Shown: positions 9,727 through 19,201 of the stretch, piece by piece
Position numbering within the stretch: the first letter of the stretch is position 1
How the letters are laid out: each line of letters starts with the position of its first letter
DNA from: Candidatus Microgenomates bacterium
GTDB taxonomy: Bacteria > Patescibacteriota > Microgenomatia > UBA1406 > GWC2-37-13
Direction of reading: 5' to 3'
Assembly: GCA_037445105.1 (NCBI GenBank)
Contig: JBBILA010000001.1
Span: forward strand, 1-38,686
Length of the DNA: 38,686 nt
Notes under the pieces: model-generated
What the model was told of the DNA's origin: nothing
Seen by the model: the letters and a program-made list of their open reading frames with translations, nothing else
The model's database searches: none
Program-made: the position numbers and the translations under genes

Positions 9727-10442
9727 AAGATAACTTTCTTTTATCTCAAAAAAAGCTTTTTAATCAGGAAAAATATCAGTATCAGATTGAAAAAATTATT
9801 AACCCTCCTTTTTATAATCAATTAGAAATTAATTATTTAATTAAAAAACTTAAGAAAAATAGAATTTTTAAAAAAAATAAAATCGCTGATTTTGGTGCCG
9901 GGACTGGCAGACTTACTATCCCTCTTTTAAAACATAAATTTAAAGTTGATGCCATTGATATCAGCGATCAATCATTAAAAAAACTTTCTCTTTTGGCTAA
10001 AAAATTAAAAATTAATAAATATCTTAATTTAAAAAATTCCCTTCCTAAAAAAGAAAAATATCAAGCGATTGTTGGTTGTGATATACTCCATCATGTTGAT
10101 TTAAAAACAATTCTTCCCCAAATCAAAAAATCTCTTGTGAAAAATGGCATCATCTGTTTTTCTGAACCAAACATTTTCAATCCAAGCTGGATAATCTATA
10201 TCACTTTTAAAAGGATCTGGCAATCAGAACAAAAAATCTGGCAAACTAATCCTTTTTACCTTAAAAAGATTTTAAAAGATAACGGTTTTAAAGAAGTAAA
10301 AATTGAACCTTTCGGTTTTTTTCCTCTTCCATTTTTCAATTTTTCAAAAAAATTATCTTTTCTTAATCTTTATATTGGAAAATTGCCATTTTTAAGCATT
10401 TTCTCATACCGAATAATCATCTTCGCTAAAAAAATAAAATAA
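9723..10442 (+). CDS. Class I SAM-dependent methyltransferase
   Basis: ADFGAGTG, AIDIS, ILHHV, FSEPN. Confidence 0.88.
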   Translation: MKDNFLLSQKKLFNQEKYQYQIEKIINPPFYNQLEINYLIKKLKKNRIFKKNKIADFGAGTGRLTIPLLKHKFKVDAIDISDQSLKKLSLLAKKLKINKYLNLKNSLPKKEKYQAIVGCDILHHVDLKTILPQIKKSLVKNGIICFSEPNIFNPSWIIYITFKRIWQSEQKIWQTNPFYLKKILKDNGFKEVKIEPFGFFPLPFFNFSKKLSFLNLYIGKLPFLSIFSYRIIIFAKKIK

Positions 10443-11891
10443 TTATTTTTCAATATAAATTAGATTAGCAATATAAAAATTTTTTTCCATAATTTTTGTT
10501 TTTTTTAAAGTATGAAAATCTTTTATTTGATTAATAAAAAAATCTTGAGAAAAAAATGGAGGAAAAATTATTAAAACTTTATTTAAATTAGAATTACTAA
10601 AAAAATTTAAAAAATTATCGTTATTAATAAAAAAGTATTTTCTTTTCTTTTTCATTTGAAAAACGATTCCCATCGGTTCTGGTTGCCCCCACTCTCCCCA
10701 ACAGCAATCAACAAGAACAAAAGGAATTTTTTTATCATAATTATCAAGTTCTTCGGCAATTATTTTATCAAAAGGAATATTTTGATTAGGAAGATTTTTG
10801 GGATAAACAAAAAAATAATAATAAAAATTAATAGAAAAAATTAATAAAGAAACAATTGAATAATAAAAAATTTTTTTATCACTGTTAAATTTTAAAGATA
10901 ATTGATAAATACCATAAGCAACAATCATATAAATTATGGAAACCATTCCCAATGTTCTTCCCATTGAAGGATTATTGAAATAATTTTTCACATCAAGAGA
11001 AGTAGGAAAAATCGAAAAGATAATTGTCAAAAATAAAAGATAAAAATTTTTTTTCTTTTTCCTTAATAAATCTTTTATAATCAATCCTAATCCAATAAAA
11101 AAGAAAATGATCATTATCCAATCAAGAGCAGGAAAAAAAGGGATATTATGGCGAAATACCCTATCTCCTTTTCCTGGAAAAAAAATCATCAAAATATTTC
11201 TTAAATAGTTATTAATAATTCCGAAAAAATAAGAAAAAAAATTATTTATTTTTAGAGAACCAATCAATTTTTCTCCTAAATAAGAAGAATTATTAAATAA
11301 TAAATCAGGTTTCTTTAAAAAATAGATAAATAAAGGCAAACTAATTATTAAAAATCCTATAAAGATAAAAAAGTTTTTAAAAGCAAAAAAACTGATTCCC
11401 CAAAAAGAAGCTTGAGTATACATACCTAAACCTAAAATTAAACCTGAAATAAAATATCTTTTTTTCAAAAAAAAATATAAAAATAAACTTGTCATCAATC
11501 CAACTAACAAATAAGGTTTTCCTTGCCTAGAAAAAGTCACTCCCCAAAATCCAACCGCTGTCAAAAAAGCAGTCAAATATCCTATTTTTTTGTTTTTAAA
11601 AAATTCTTTTCCTAAAAAATAATTGATTAATACCCAAATTGATCCTAAAACTGCGGTTGTTAATTTTATTGTGTAAAATGAAAGACCAAAAAACTTAGAA
11701 AAAAAAGCAATTATATAAGAGATTAAAGGTCCATCACCACCAAAATTATAATGGTAAAAAAATTTTTTATCTAAAATCAATTGGGCTAATTTATAATGCT
11801 CTATTACATCTCCCCACATCGCTGATGGCAAAGAATCTAAGTTAAAAAAACGGAAAAATAAACCAATAAAAAAAATCAAAAAAAGAATCAT
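10443..11891 (-). CDS. GT-C fold membrane glycosyltransferase (ArnT/PMT-like)
   Basis: FRFFNL..WGDV after the first TM, multiple TMs, extracytoplasmic C-terminal domain. Confidence 0.75.
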   Translation of the reverse strand: MILFLIFFIGLFFRFFNLDSLPSAMWGDVIEHYKLAQLILDKKFFYHYNFGGDGPLISYIIAFFSKFFGLSFYTIKLTTAVLGSIWVLINYFLGKEFFKNKKIGYLTAFLTAVGFWGVTFSRQGKPYLLVGLMTSLFLYFFLKKRYFISGLILGLGMYTQASFWGISFFAFKNFFIFIGFLIISLPLFIYFLKKPDLLFNNSSYLGEKLIGSLKINNFFSYFFGIINNYLRNILMIFFPGKGDRVFRHNIPFFPALDWIMIIFFFIGLGLIIKDLLRKKKKNFYLLFLTIIFSIFPTSLDVKNYFNNPSMGRTLGMVSIIYMIVAYGIYQLSLKFNSDKKIFYYSIVSLLIFSINFYYYFFVYPKNLPNQNIPFDKIIAEELDNYDKKIPFVLVDCCWGEWGQPEPMGIVFQMKKKRKYFFINNDNFLNFFSNSNLNKVLIIFPPFFSQDFFINQIKDFHTLKKTKIMEKNFYIANLIYIEK

Positions 11892-11913
11892 TTTAAAAAT
11901 ATAATAATTGAAT

Positions 11914-13608
11914 TCATATTTTCTTATATATCATCACTGTTGGATGATCATAAACAGTAAAAGTTTCTTCAATCCAATCATCAGGATAGTGAATAAATTG
12001 ATAATAATAAGGCTCAAAAGTTTTGATTTTTTGATAGCACACTCCCGCTATTTCTTTTTGTTTTTGACAATTATTGGTTAATAAAGCCTGATAAAATTTG
12101 CTCATTAAAGGATATCTTTCCGGAACTGTGGAAATACTCCCCCATCCCCTATTTGAAGACAAAACATAATAATCTCCTTTGTTTAATAATTCCGTCATTT
12201 TCACCCATTTTTCCTTTGTATCAAAATCAAAAATTGGCAATAACTCGATTTGATAAGGTTGGTTTAAATAATAATTTATTTGTAAAGGTAAAGGATCATC
12301 CCAATGTTCGCCTAAAATGATTCCTCCCGGAGGAAGATTTTGATAAATCCATTTTGAAGCAGCCACTCGCGTGTGAGAATGAAAATAAATGGTGATAAAA
12401 AGAAAAGGCCAGGCAAGAAGTGAAACGTATAACGTATAACGTATAACGTGGAACGGGAAACGGATAAGATAATTTTTTAAAAATTTTAAAACACTCTCAA
12501 TTCCCATTGCTCCTAAAATGGCAAAATAGGGATAAAGATAGATGGTGTAACGGATTGATTTGACAAAACTTAAAGATTGGTAAACAAAAATCAAAATCAC
12601 CCAAGAAAAAATCAAAAAAGAATAAATATTTTCTTTAAAAAATTTTTTTCGATTTTTTAAAAAATTTAAGAAAAAAGAGATTAAACCAAAAATCAAAAAA
12701 ATAAAATAAATTGGACCGACTCCCACCAGGGCTGTGGTTGTCAATAAAGCGTAAATTGGTTTATTGATCCATTGAACTGCTGGTGGATACCAAGCCTCAG
12801 GTTTTGTAAGCGCTGTCAAACTCTTAATGCTTTCAACAAAAAAAGAATTAAGTTTAAAATCAAAAAAAGAAACTGATTGAAAATAATAAGGATTAGTTAA
12901 TCGAAGAGTAAGATAAGTCAAGAGGGAAAAAATAAAAATTTTTAAAAAACTGTCTTTGAAAAAGACAGTTTTTGCCAAAATAATTAATAATATCAGTGGC
13001 AAGATGTATAAAGCACTGATTTTACAAGCTAAAGCAAAACCAAAAAAAACTCCTGATAAAACCAAATTTTTAAAAAACTGACTTTTCTTGATTTTTAAAG
13101 CAAAATACAAAGATCCGGTCATAAAAAAATTTAAAAAAGTATCCGTGGTAAAAAAATGCGCCGATTGGATCGGATAAACAGCAATTCCATAAAAAAAAGC
13201 TGCCAATAATGGTAATTCTTTGTTTTTGACAAATAACAACTTAGCAATTTTATAAACCAAAACTAAAGTCAAAAAATCAAAAACCGCTGATAAAAATCGG
13301 CCTAAAATGGTCAAACGGTTATAATCATCAAAATTTAAAATCACTGCCAAGCTTTTATTAAAAACAAGCGGCCACACTCCATAAACATAAAAATTAAAAC
13401 CAAGATTATAGGGATTAAGAAAAGATTTTTTTTGATCAAAATAATCTAAAAAATTTTCAGGAAATTTCATTGAAGTAGAAACCATTGTTAAAAATCTTTC
13501 ATCAGGATGAAGATGATAATTTTCATCCCAATTTAAATTAATCAAACGAAAAAACAAACTCAAAGATAAAATAAAAAAAATCAAAAAATAAGTTTTAACT
13601 TTTTTCAT
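11914..13608 (-). CDS. GT-C fold membrane glycosyltransferase (PMT/ArnT-like) with internal heptamer-repeat tract
   Basis: LHPDERF, YG.WP, GRFLSA, AHFFTTD, ALACK motifs; start probably MKKVK at 13608. Confidence 0.82.
   Translation of the reverse strand: MKKVKTYFLIFFILSLSLFFRLINLNWDENYHLHPDERFLTMVSTSMKFPENFLDYFDQKKSFLNPYNLGFNFYVYGVWPLVFNKSLAVILNFDDYNRLTILGRFLSAVFDFLTLVLVYKIAKLLFVKNKELPLLAAFFYGIAVYPIQSAHFFTTDTFLNFFMTGSLYFALKIKKSQFFKNLVLSGVFFGFALACKISALYILPLILLIILAKTVFFKDSFLKIFIFSLLTYLTLRLTNPYYFQSVSFFDFKLNSFFVESIKSLTALTKPEAWYPPAVQWINKPIYALLTTTALVGVGPIYFIFLIFGLISFFLNFLKNRKKFFKENIYSFLIFSWVILIFVYQSLSFVKSIRYTIYLYPYFAILGAMGIESVLKFLKNYLIRFPFHVIRYTLYVSLLAWPFLFITIYFHSHTRVAASKWIYQNLPPGGIILGEHWDDPLPLQINYYLNQPYQIELLPIFDFDTKEKWVKMTELLNKGDYYVLSSNRGWGSISTVPERYPLMSKFYQALLTNNCQKQKEIAGVCYQKIKTFEPYYYQFIHYPDDWIEETFTVYDHPTVMIYKKI
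12421..12462. repeat. Six heptamer units (TATAACG family) inside CDS
   Basis: tgaaacg tataacg tataacg tataacg tggaacg ggaaacg; 42 bp, encodes RFPFHVIRYTLYVS on the minus strand. Confidence 0.9.
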
Positions 13609-13634
13609 TCTCAATGTATAATTATACAAATTTT

Positions 13635-14213
13635 ATGAAAAATAAAAGAAAAAAAATTATTAAGGTTGGTTTTGATTTGGACGGAGTAATCCTTTATAAT
13701 CCAGTAAGAATTTTTCGTTATTTTATCACTGATTTTTTTAAACAAAAAATCAAAAAAACTAAAGAAAAAATTTTTTATATTCCTAAAAACTCTTTAGAAA
13801 AATTTTTTTGGCTTCTTCTTCATAAAACAAGTTTTATGGTTAATCCTGGTTATAATGATTTAAAAAAACTTTTAAAAACAAAAAAATTTAGATTTTATCT
13901 TATTACTGGCAGATATAGTTTTTTAAAAAAAGATCTTGATTATTGGTTAAAAAAAATTGATAGTGAAAAAATTTTTCAAAAATGTTTTTATAATAAAAAT
14001 GATCTTCAACCGCCTCTTTTTAAATCAAAAATGATAAATAAATTAAAACTTGATTTTTATGTCGAAGATAACTTTGATATTGTTCAAGAATTAAATAAAA
14101 AAACCAAAACCAAAATTCTCTGGCTAACTAATATCATTGATAAAAATATCTCCTACCCTTTCAAGTATCTTTCTTTAAAAGAAGTTGTCCAATTTTTGAA
14201 GACACTAGTTTAA
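13635..14213 (+). CDS. HAD-superfamily hydrolase (5'-nucleotidase-like)
   Basis: FDLDGV, ITGR, K, VEDN motifs; start probably MKNKR at 13635. Confidence 0.78.
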   Translation: MKNKRKKIIKVGFDLDGVILYNPVRIFRYFITDFFKQKIKKTKEKIFYIPKNSLEKFFWLLLHKTSFMVNPGYNDLKKLLKTKKFRFYLITGRYSFLKKDLDYWLKKIDSEKIFQKCFYNKNDLQPPLFKSKMINKLKLDFYVEDNFDIVQELNKKTKTKILWLTNIIDKNISYPFKYLSLKEVVQFLKTLV

Positions 14214-15027
14214 AAAAATCATTTTGATTTTTTTCTATATAAAATTTAAGAATATCCTGACTAGTAATAATATTAGTCGGTCTTTTATTATTATTATCGA
14301 CAATAACTACACTGCCTATTTTTTTATTAAGAATTACTTCTATAACATCAGTTAAGTATTTATCTTTATTCATTGTTAAAACATAATTTTTCATAAATTT
14401 TTTTACATGAAAATTATAAAAACTTCCCTTTATACCAATTCTATCGCCTTTTTTTTCTTTTTCTTTTGGAGCGACAATAAAATCAATCAGATCATAATAA
14501 CTTAAAATCCCTCTAAGATTTCCTTGAAAATCAACAACAACCAGTTTTGAAATTTTTTTTGTTTTAAAAAGAGTTAAGGCTTCTTTAATTGATGATTCTT
14601 GATTGATAGTTATCAGTGGTTTCCAATGTCTTTTGAAAAAATCATCAATTTTTATTTTAAAAATAGGTAAATTCTTAAAATAAGAAAAAAGTCTGCGGAC
14701 AGAGATTATCCCTAAAAATTTTTCATCAAGATTAAAAACTGGTAGATAATGAACTTTTGATTGAATAAAAAGATGACAGACCTTCACCAAAGGATAATTA
14801 AGATAGATTTTTGGCGGGTGAAATAAACATGAGGAAACCTTGGTGTTTCCCGGATAAGAATTTTTTATGGTGCAATAATAAGGATTAATCACTCCTAGAA
14901 ATTTATCTTTGTCAAAAATAAAAGCAGCATCATGAGAGGTAGTTAACTGAGATAAGGCTTTTGATAGATTAACATCAGGGGAAAGTTTAATAATATTTTC
15001 TGTTTTGAGGATGTTTAATAACCTCAT
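14161..15027 (-). CDS. CBS-domain protein (two CBS pairs)
   Basis: VHYLPVF..FLGIIS, ISKLVVVD..LRGILSYYD, IGSVVIVD..IITSQDIL. Confidence 0.88.
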   Translation of the reverse strand: MRLLNILKTENIIKLSPDVNLSKALSQLTTSHDAAFIFDKDKFLGVINPYYCTIKNSYPGNTKVSSCLFHPPKIYLNYPLVKVCHLFIQSKVHYLPVFNLDEKFLGIISVRRLFSYFKNLPIFKIKIDDFFKRHWKPLITINQESSIKEALTLFKTKKISKLVVVDFQGNLRGILSYYDLIDFIVAPKEKEKKGDRIGIKGSFYNFHVKKFMKNYVLTMNKDKYLTDVIEVILNKKIGSVVIVDNNNKRPTNIITSQDILKFYIEKNQNDFFKLVSSKIGQLLLKKDT

Positions 15028-15034
15028 ATATTTT

Positions 15035-16234
15035 TTATATCAAAAATAATCCGTCTTTGTAAATAAGTTTTTTTGAGCCGTCTTTCATAATCGCCTCAAC
15101 TGTCTTTGGATTGGTATTTATAATATCGCAATGCTCAACCGAATCATTAAACCCTAAATTCTCCCAATCTTTATCAGTTAATTTTTTAGAATCACCCGCA
15201 TAACAATCATGATAAGAAGAACCAATAGCTAAATGACTGTTACCATAGTCGCCGCCAAAATTTTCATCATATAAAGTATTAGCCATAAATTTGGATATTT
15301 TTGAAAATCTTTTATCTGTCAAAGAAAACTCGCCAATCTTATCAGCATTTTTTTGTTTTAACATCTCTTGCAAAAGTTTTTCATTTTTTAAAGCTTTTGC
15401 TTTAACTACTCTTCCTTCTTTAAACTCCAAATAAATATCTTTTATAATATTGCCATAACGATATAAAGGAAAATTAAAGTAGATTTTTCCCTCAACTCCC
15501 CGCCAGTCAGGTGAGGTAAAGATCTCAAATGAAGGGATATTAGCACCTCTTCCTCCTTGCCAAAGTCTTTTTTCACCAAGGGAAATATATAAATCAGTGT
15601 CTTTTGATAAGAGATGAAATTTTGAAACTGGCAGTTTATTAAGCTTTTCTCTTAATTGATTTATTTTTTCAAAAACACTTTGCCATTTAGCAATTGGGTC
15701 TTTCTCATCCAAAAAACACGCTTTGATAATCTCTTGCCAAAATTCTTCTAGTTTAAGCCCTGCTTCTTTAGCCATCCCTTTTGTCCCATAAAGACATAAA
15801 GTCCAAGTTAGCTTGCCTTGATCCTCTTTTTCAAAAATCCATTTTTTAATTTTTTGTTTTGACTGGTTAGCTAAAATAATTTTTTTTGAATCAACATTTT
15901 TTAAAAGTAAAGGATTTGTTGGTGCAATAAGATAAATCCGATGGTTAATAGTATCAACAAGACTTTTTAAATATTTTTCTGGAAAAAAAGTCAATTGATC
16001 ATCATTAGCCACCTCAAACATCACCTTTTCAAAATCTTCATCTGCTGATTTAACAATCGGATGACCGCCTTTTTCTAAAATCCTTTTGAAAATCGCTAAT
16101 GCTAAAGGTTTAGCTTCAAAATCATAAATTAAATAAACAACATCACCTTTTTTTATCCCTTTGCCCTTTCCCAAAGCAAAATCAACCATCACCTTAGCAT
16201 AGTTTTCAAGAAGTTCTTTATCAGGAATAAACAT
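15035..16234 (-). CDS. Aminopeptidase, M29 family (AmpS/AmpT-like)
   Basis: ANIPSFEIFTSP, GEFSL, NTLYDEN, HLAIGSSY, NDSVEHCD metal-site motifs. Confidence 0.93.
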   Translation of the reverse strand: MFIPDKELLENYAKVMVDFALGKGKGIKKGDVVYLIYDFEAKPLALAIFKRILEKGGHPIVKSADEDFEKVMFEVANDDQLTFFPEKYLKSLVDTINHRIYLIAPTNPLLLKNVDSKKIILANQSKQKIKKWIFEKEDQGKLTWTLCLYGTKGMAKEAGLKLEEFWQEIIKACFLDEKDPIAKWQSVFEKINQLREKLNKLPVSKFHLLSKDTDLYISLGEKRLWQGGRGANIPSFEIFTSPDWRGVEGKIYFNFPLYRYGNIIKDIYLEFKEGRVVKAKALKNEKLLQEMLKQKNADKIGEFSLTDKRFSKISKFMANTLYDENFGGDYGNSHLAIGSSYHDCYAGDSKKLTDKDWENLGFNDSVEHCDIINTNPKTVEAIMKDGSKKLIYKDGLFLI

Positions 16235-16241
16235 GAAAGTT

Positions 16242-16270
16242 ATTATAAAAATTAAAAATTAAAAAGTCAA
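16242..16270 (-). promoter_or_regulatory. sigma70 promoter TTGACT-17-TATAAT, 7 nt before the aminopeptidase ATG
   Basis: Near-consensus hexamers with 17-bp spacing. Confidence 0.7.
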
Positions 16271-16655
16271 AATTATATATCTTTTAAGCCACCAAAAGCT
16301 TTCGCATTATAATAGACAAGCCTGTTAAAAATAATAAATAACAAAAAAATTTTAATAACAAATAATAAATTTTTAATCAATTTTTAATAAATTAATAATA
16401 AATAATAAAAAAACTATAAAAATTTTAAATTGTAATTTTGAATTTTTAATTGAACTTTTGAATTTTGACTTTTGACTTTTGACTTTATTAAAGTATTTAT
16501 TATTGTTTAGAGTTTAGGATTTAGAATTTAGAGTTTAAATCAATTAGATCAATTAGGTTAATTAGGCTAATTAGAATAATTAGGTCAATTAGGTCAATTT
16601 TCTAAATATTTAATACTTTCTACTTACTTGTTAGACGTTATATGTTAGGTGTTAG
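16248..16655. repeat. Intergenic stack of short tandem repeat families
   Basis: TTTTGAC/TTTTGAA heptamers (~16421-16486, inverse at 16248-16274), TTTAGAG heptamers (16506-16533), AATTAGGTC 9-mers (16541-16599), TTAATAC-type and GTTAGA/CGTTATA-type heptamers (~16600-16655), AT-rich arm at 16367-16396. Confidence 0.88.
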
Positions 16656-17494
16656 TTGTTTAGAAGTAATATTAGTTGCTTCATCTTTTCTACTTCTTTT
16701 TTTGGCTCTTTGGCAAAAATAATTGACCGGGAAACATTGATGATTAATCCTTCTTTTTTTGAATTTAAACCAAATTTTAAAACCGACTTTAAATCACCTC
16801 CTTGAGCACCAACGCCGGGGACTAAAAACCAAAAATCATCCCCAACAATCTCTCGAATTTCTTTTAGCTCTTTTGGATAAGTGGCGCCAACAACCAATAA
16901 ACAGTTATTATTTTTATTCCATTTTTTAGCTACTTGATAAGCAACGTATTGATATAACTTAATTTTATTTTTAATACTTAATACTTTATACTTACTACTA
17001 TCTACTTGATACTTAATACTTAATTCTAAATCCTGAAACTCGCTACTTCCTGGATTTGAGGTTTTGCACAAAACAATAATCCCCTTATCTTTTCTTTTCA
17101 AAAAAGGCATCAACCCTTCTTCCCCGAGATAAGGATTAACGGTAACCGCATCGGCATTTAAATAGTCAAAAATAAAAGAGGCATAGGCTTCATTGGTATG
17201 ACCGATATCACCTCTTTTGGCATCAATAATGATTGGGATATAAGGATATGTGGCTTTAAGATAATCACAAGTCTCTTTCAGCCATTTGATTCCCTGATAT
17301 CCTATAGCTTCATAAAAAGCCGTGTTCAACTTGTATGAACAAACTGTCTGAAAAGTTTGCTCTATAATAAATTTATTAAACAAAAATTGACTGTTCCAAC
17401 CTAATGATTTTATTTTTTCCCACTCACTGTCCAAACCAACAGCTAAAAGAGTTTTATTCTTTCTAATGGCTTTTTTAAGTTTTTTAAGAAACAT
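16652..17494 (-). CDS. pyrF: Orotidine-5'-phosphate decarboxylase
   Basis: VGLD, YKLNTAFYE, IDAKRGDIGHT, TVNPYLG, KTSNPGS, VVGATYP, LVPGVGAQGG, INVSRSII. Confidence 0.95.
   Translation of the reverse strand: MFLKKLKKAIRKNKTLLAVGLDSEWEKIKSLGWNSQFLFNKFIIEQTFQTVCSYKLNTAFYEAIGYQGIKWLKETCDYLKATYPYIPIIIDAKRGDIGHTNEAYASFIFDYLNADAVTVNPYLGEEGLMPFLKRKDKGIIVLCKTSNPGSSEFQDLELSIKYQVDSSKYKVLSIKNKIKLYQYVAYQVAKKWNKNNNCLLVVGATYPKELKEIREIVGDDFWFLVPGVGAQGGDLKSVLKFGLNSKKEGLIINVSRSIIFAKEPKKEVEKMKQLILLLNN
16971..17026. repeat. Eight heptamer units (TTAATAC family) inside pyrF
   Basis: ttaatac ttaatac tttatac ttactac tatctac ttgatac ttaatac ttaattc. Confidence 0.88.
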
Positions 17495-17504
17495 AATTTA
17501 ATAA

Positions 17505-17628
17505 GAAATAATAAATAAATTAATAAATTAATTTTTAATCAATAACAAATATTTAAATTTTTAATATATTAAATTATTGATTTATTAAATATTGATTAAA
17601 AATTTATTATTGGTTATTTATTATTTTC
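17505..17628. repeat. AT-rich imperfect palindromic element (gene-less copy)
   Basis: ATTTTTAATCAATA (17531-17544) pairs with TATTGATTAAAAAT (17590-17603); outer AAATAATAAATAA/TTATTTATTATTT arms. Confidence 0.75.
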
Positions 17629-17665
17629 AACTGATTCCAACCGATTTTAACTGATTTTAACTGAT
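17626..17665. repeat. Four 10-mer units (TTTAACTGAT)
   Basis: ttcaactgat tccaaccgat tttaactgat tttaactgat next to the pyrE stop. Confidence 0.8.
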
Positions 17666-17667
17666 AT

Positions 17668-18264
17668 TTATTTTCTCCCCAAATAAATCATTAACTCCTG
17701 ATATTTATTCTCATCGATTTTTTTATTTTTCTTAAGAACATCTAGCCAATCAAAAATAGTAAAAGCCGAATGGAGTTGATATCCTTCTCTTTTTAATTCT
17801 TCTTCTCCTCCTTGCATTCGATCAAATAAAACAACAACATCTTTTACTTTTAATCCTAGACTTTCCAACAATCTAATGGTTTCCAATTTTGACCCACCAG
17901 TGGTAATCATATCATCAATCAAAACTACTGTCTCTCCACTTTGGTATTCACCTTCAACTGGCCTTTTAATCCCGTAACTTTTTACTTCTTTTCGTGAATA
18001 AATTAAGGGCTTTTTATTTAAAAGTGAAATTGCGGTAGCAATCGGAATGGCTGTGTAGGGAACAGCCATCATTCGGTCAAAACTTAATCGGTCAAGAATT
18101 TCCTTGTAAACAAAAGCTACGTCTTCAAGAACTTGCGGATAAGAAACAAGAATACGAAGATCAATATAAAAAGGCGATTTTAAACCTGATTTTAAGACAA
18201 AATGCCCAAACTTTAAAACTCCAATCTGAAAAAGATCAATCATCAATTTTTCTTTCTTGTTCAT
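17668..18264 (-). CDS. pyrE: Orotate phosphoribosyltransferase
   Basis: FGHFVLKSGLKSPFYIDLR, RKEVKSYG, PRPP motif VVLIDDMITTGGS. Confidence 0.95.
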   Translation of the reverse strand: MNKKEKLMIDLFQIGVLKFGHFVLKSGLKSPFYIDLRILVSYPQVLEDVAFVYKEILDRLSFDRMMAVPYTAIPIATAISLLNKKPLIYSRKEVKSYGIKRPVEGEYQSGETVVLIDDMITTGGSKLETIRLLESLGLKVKDVVVLFDRMQGGEEELKREGYQLHSAFTIFDWLDVLKKNKKIDENKYQELMIYLGRK

Positions 18265-18268
18265 ATAA

Positions 18269-19201
18269 TTAATCTAAAAATTTTAACTGGCCAATTTTTC
18301 TTGATAATTGACCAACTTTTTTTTCCTCTAAAATTTCGGTTAATTCTCTTTTTAATCGAGAAAAGATTTTTGGCCCCTCTTTCAAAAGACCAGTAGCCAC
18401 CCCAACCGCTTTAGCTCCGGCTAAAAGATATTCATAGATATCGCTCCCTTTCTCCACCCCACCAACGCCGATAATCGATAACCTGCCTTTTGAGAATTGA
18501 AAAAACAAAACTACTTGAGCCAAAGCAATTGGTTTTAAGACTTTTCCTCCCAAACCACCAATACCAAGATTTGGCTTAATCACCATCCTCTCTTTTTGAT
18601 AATCAACAATACATCCCAATGGATATGAGTTGATTAAAGTAACAAAATCGATCTTTAAGCGAACTAACTCTTGAGCAATCACCTTAATCTCTCCCCGATC
18701 AAAATAAGGGGGCAATTTTACTCCTAAAAGCTTTTTTGTTTTTTTCCTTAGATTTTTTAAAATTTTAAAGGCTTTTTTAAGATCATAAGCAAAAATCCCT
18801 TTTCCTTCGAGATTCGGACAGGAAAGATTGACTTCAATACCATCAAATGCTCCTTGATTCACTTTCTCCATTAAAAAATAAAACTCATCCTCTTTAAAAC
18901 CAGCAATACTGGCAATCAATGGTTTGTTAAATTTTTTTAAACTAAAAGAAATTTTTGTATAATAATCAACACCTAAATTTGGAAGACCCATACTGTTGAC
19001 TGAATACTCATCTTTGTAAAAAAGTCTTGGTTCTGGATTGCCGTCTCTTTTTTTAACTGTCATTGATTTAAAAACAATCGCTCCGGCTTCGCTTTTTCCT
19101 AACTCAACTAGTTCTTTCTTTTGAGTGCACCAAACCCCTGAGGCATTAAAAACAGGAAAAGCAAAAGAAAGACCATTAATTTTTGTCGCCAAATCAATCA
19201 T
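18269..19201 (-). CDS. pyrD: Dihydroorotate dehydrogenase, class 1A (fumarate-using type)
   Basis: NASG, GNPEPR, NSMGLPNLG, NLSCPN (catalytic Cys), GVKLPPYFD, GGLGG, IIGVGGV. Confidence 0.92.
   Translation of the reverse strand: MIDLATKINGLSFAFPVFNASGVWCTQKKELVELGKSEAGAIVFKSMTVKKRDGNPEPRLFYKDEYSVNSMGLPNLGVDYYTKISFSLKKFNKPLIASIAGFKEDEFYFLMEKVNQGAFDGIEVNLSCPNLEGKGIFAYDLKKAFKILKNLRKKTKKLLGVKLPPYFDRGEIKVIAQELVRLKIDFVTLINSYPLGCIVDYQKERMVIKPNLGIGGLGGKVLKPIALAQVVLFFQFSKGRLSIIGVGGVEKGSDIYEYLLAGAKAVGVATGLLKEGPKIFSRLKRELTEILEEKKVGQLSRKIGQLKFLD

Noticed and set aside
10656-10844. 62-aa plus-strand ORF
   Set aside because: Antisense shadow of the GT-C gene.
16248-16655. Possible CRISPR array
   Set aside because: Units are 7-10 bp in tandem with no unique spacers, and no cas genes are in the window.
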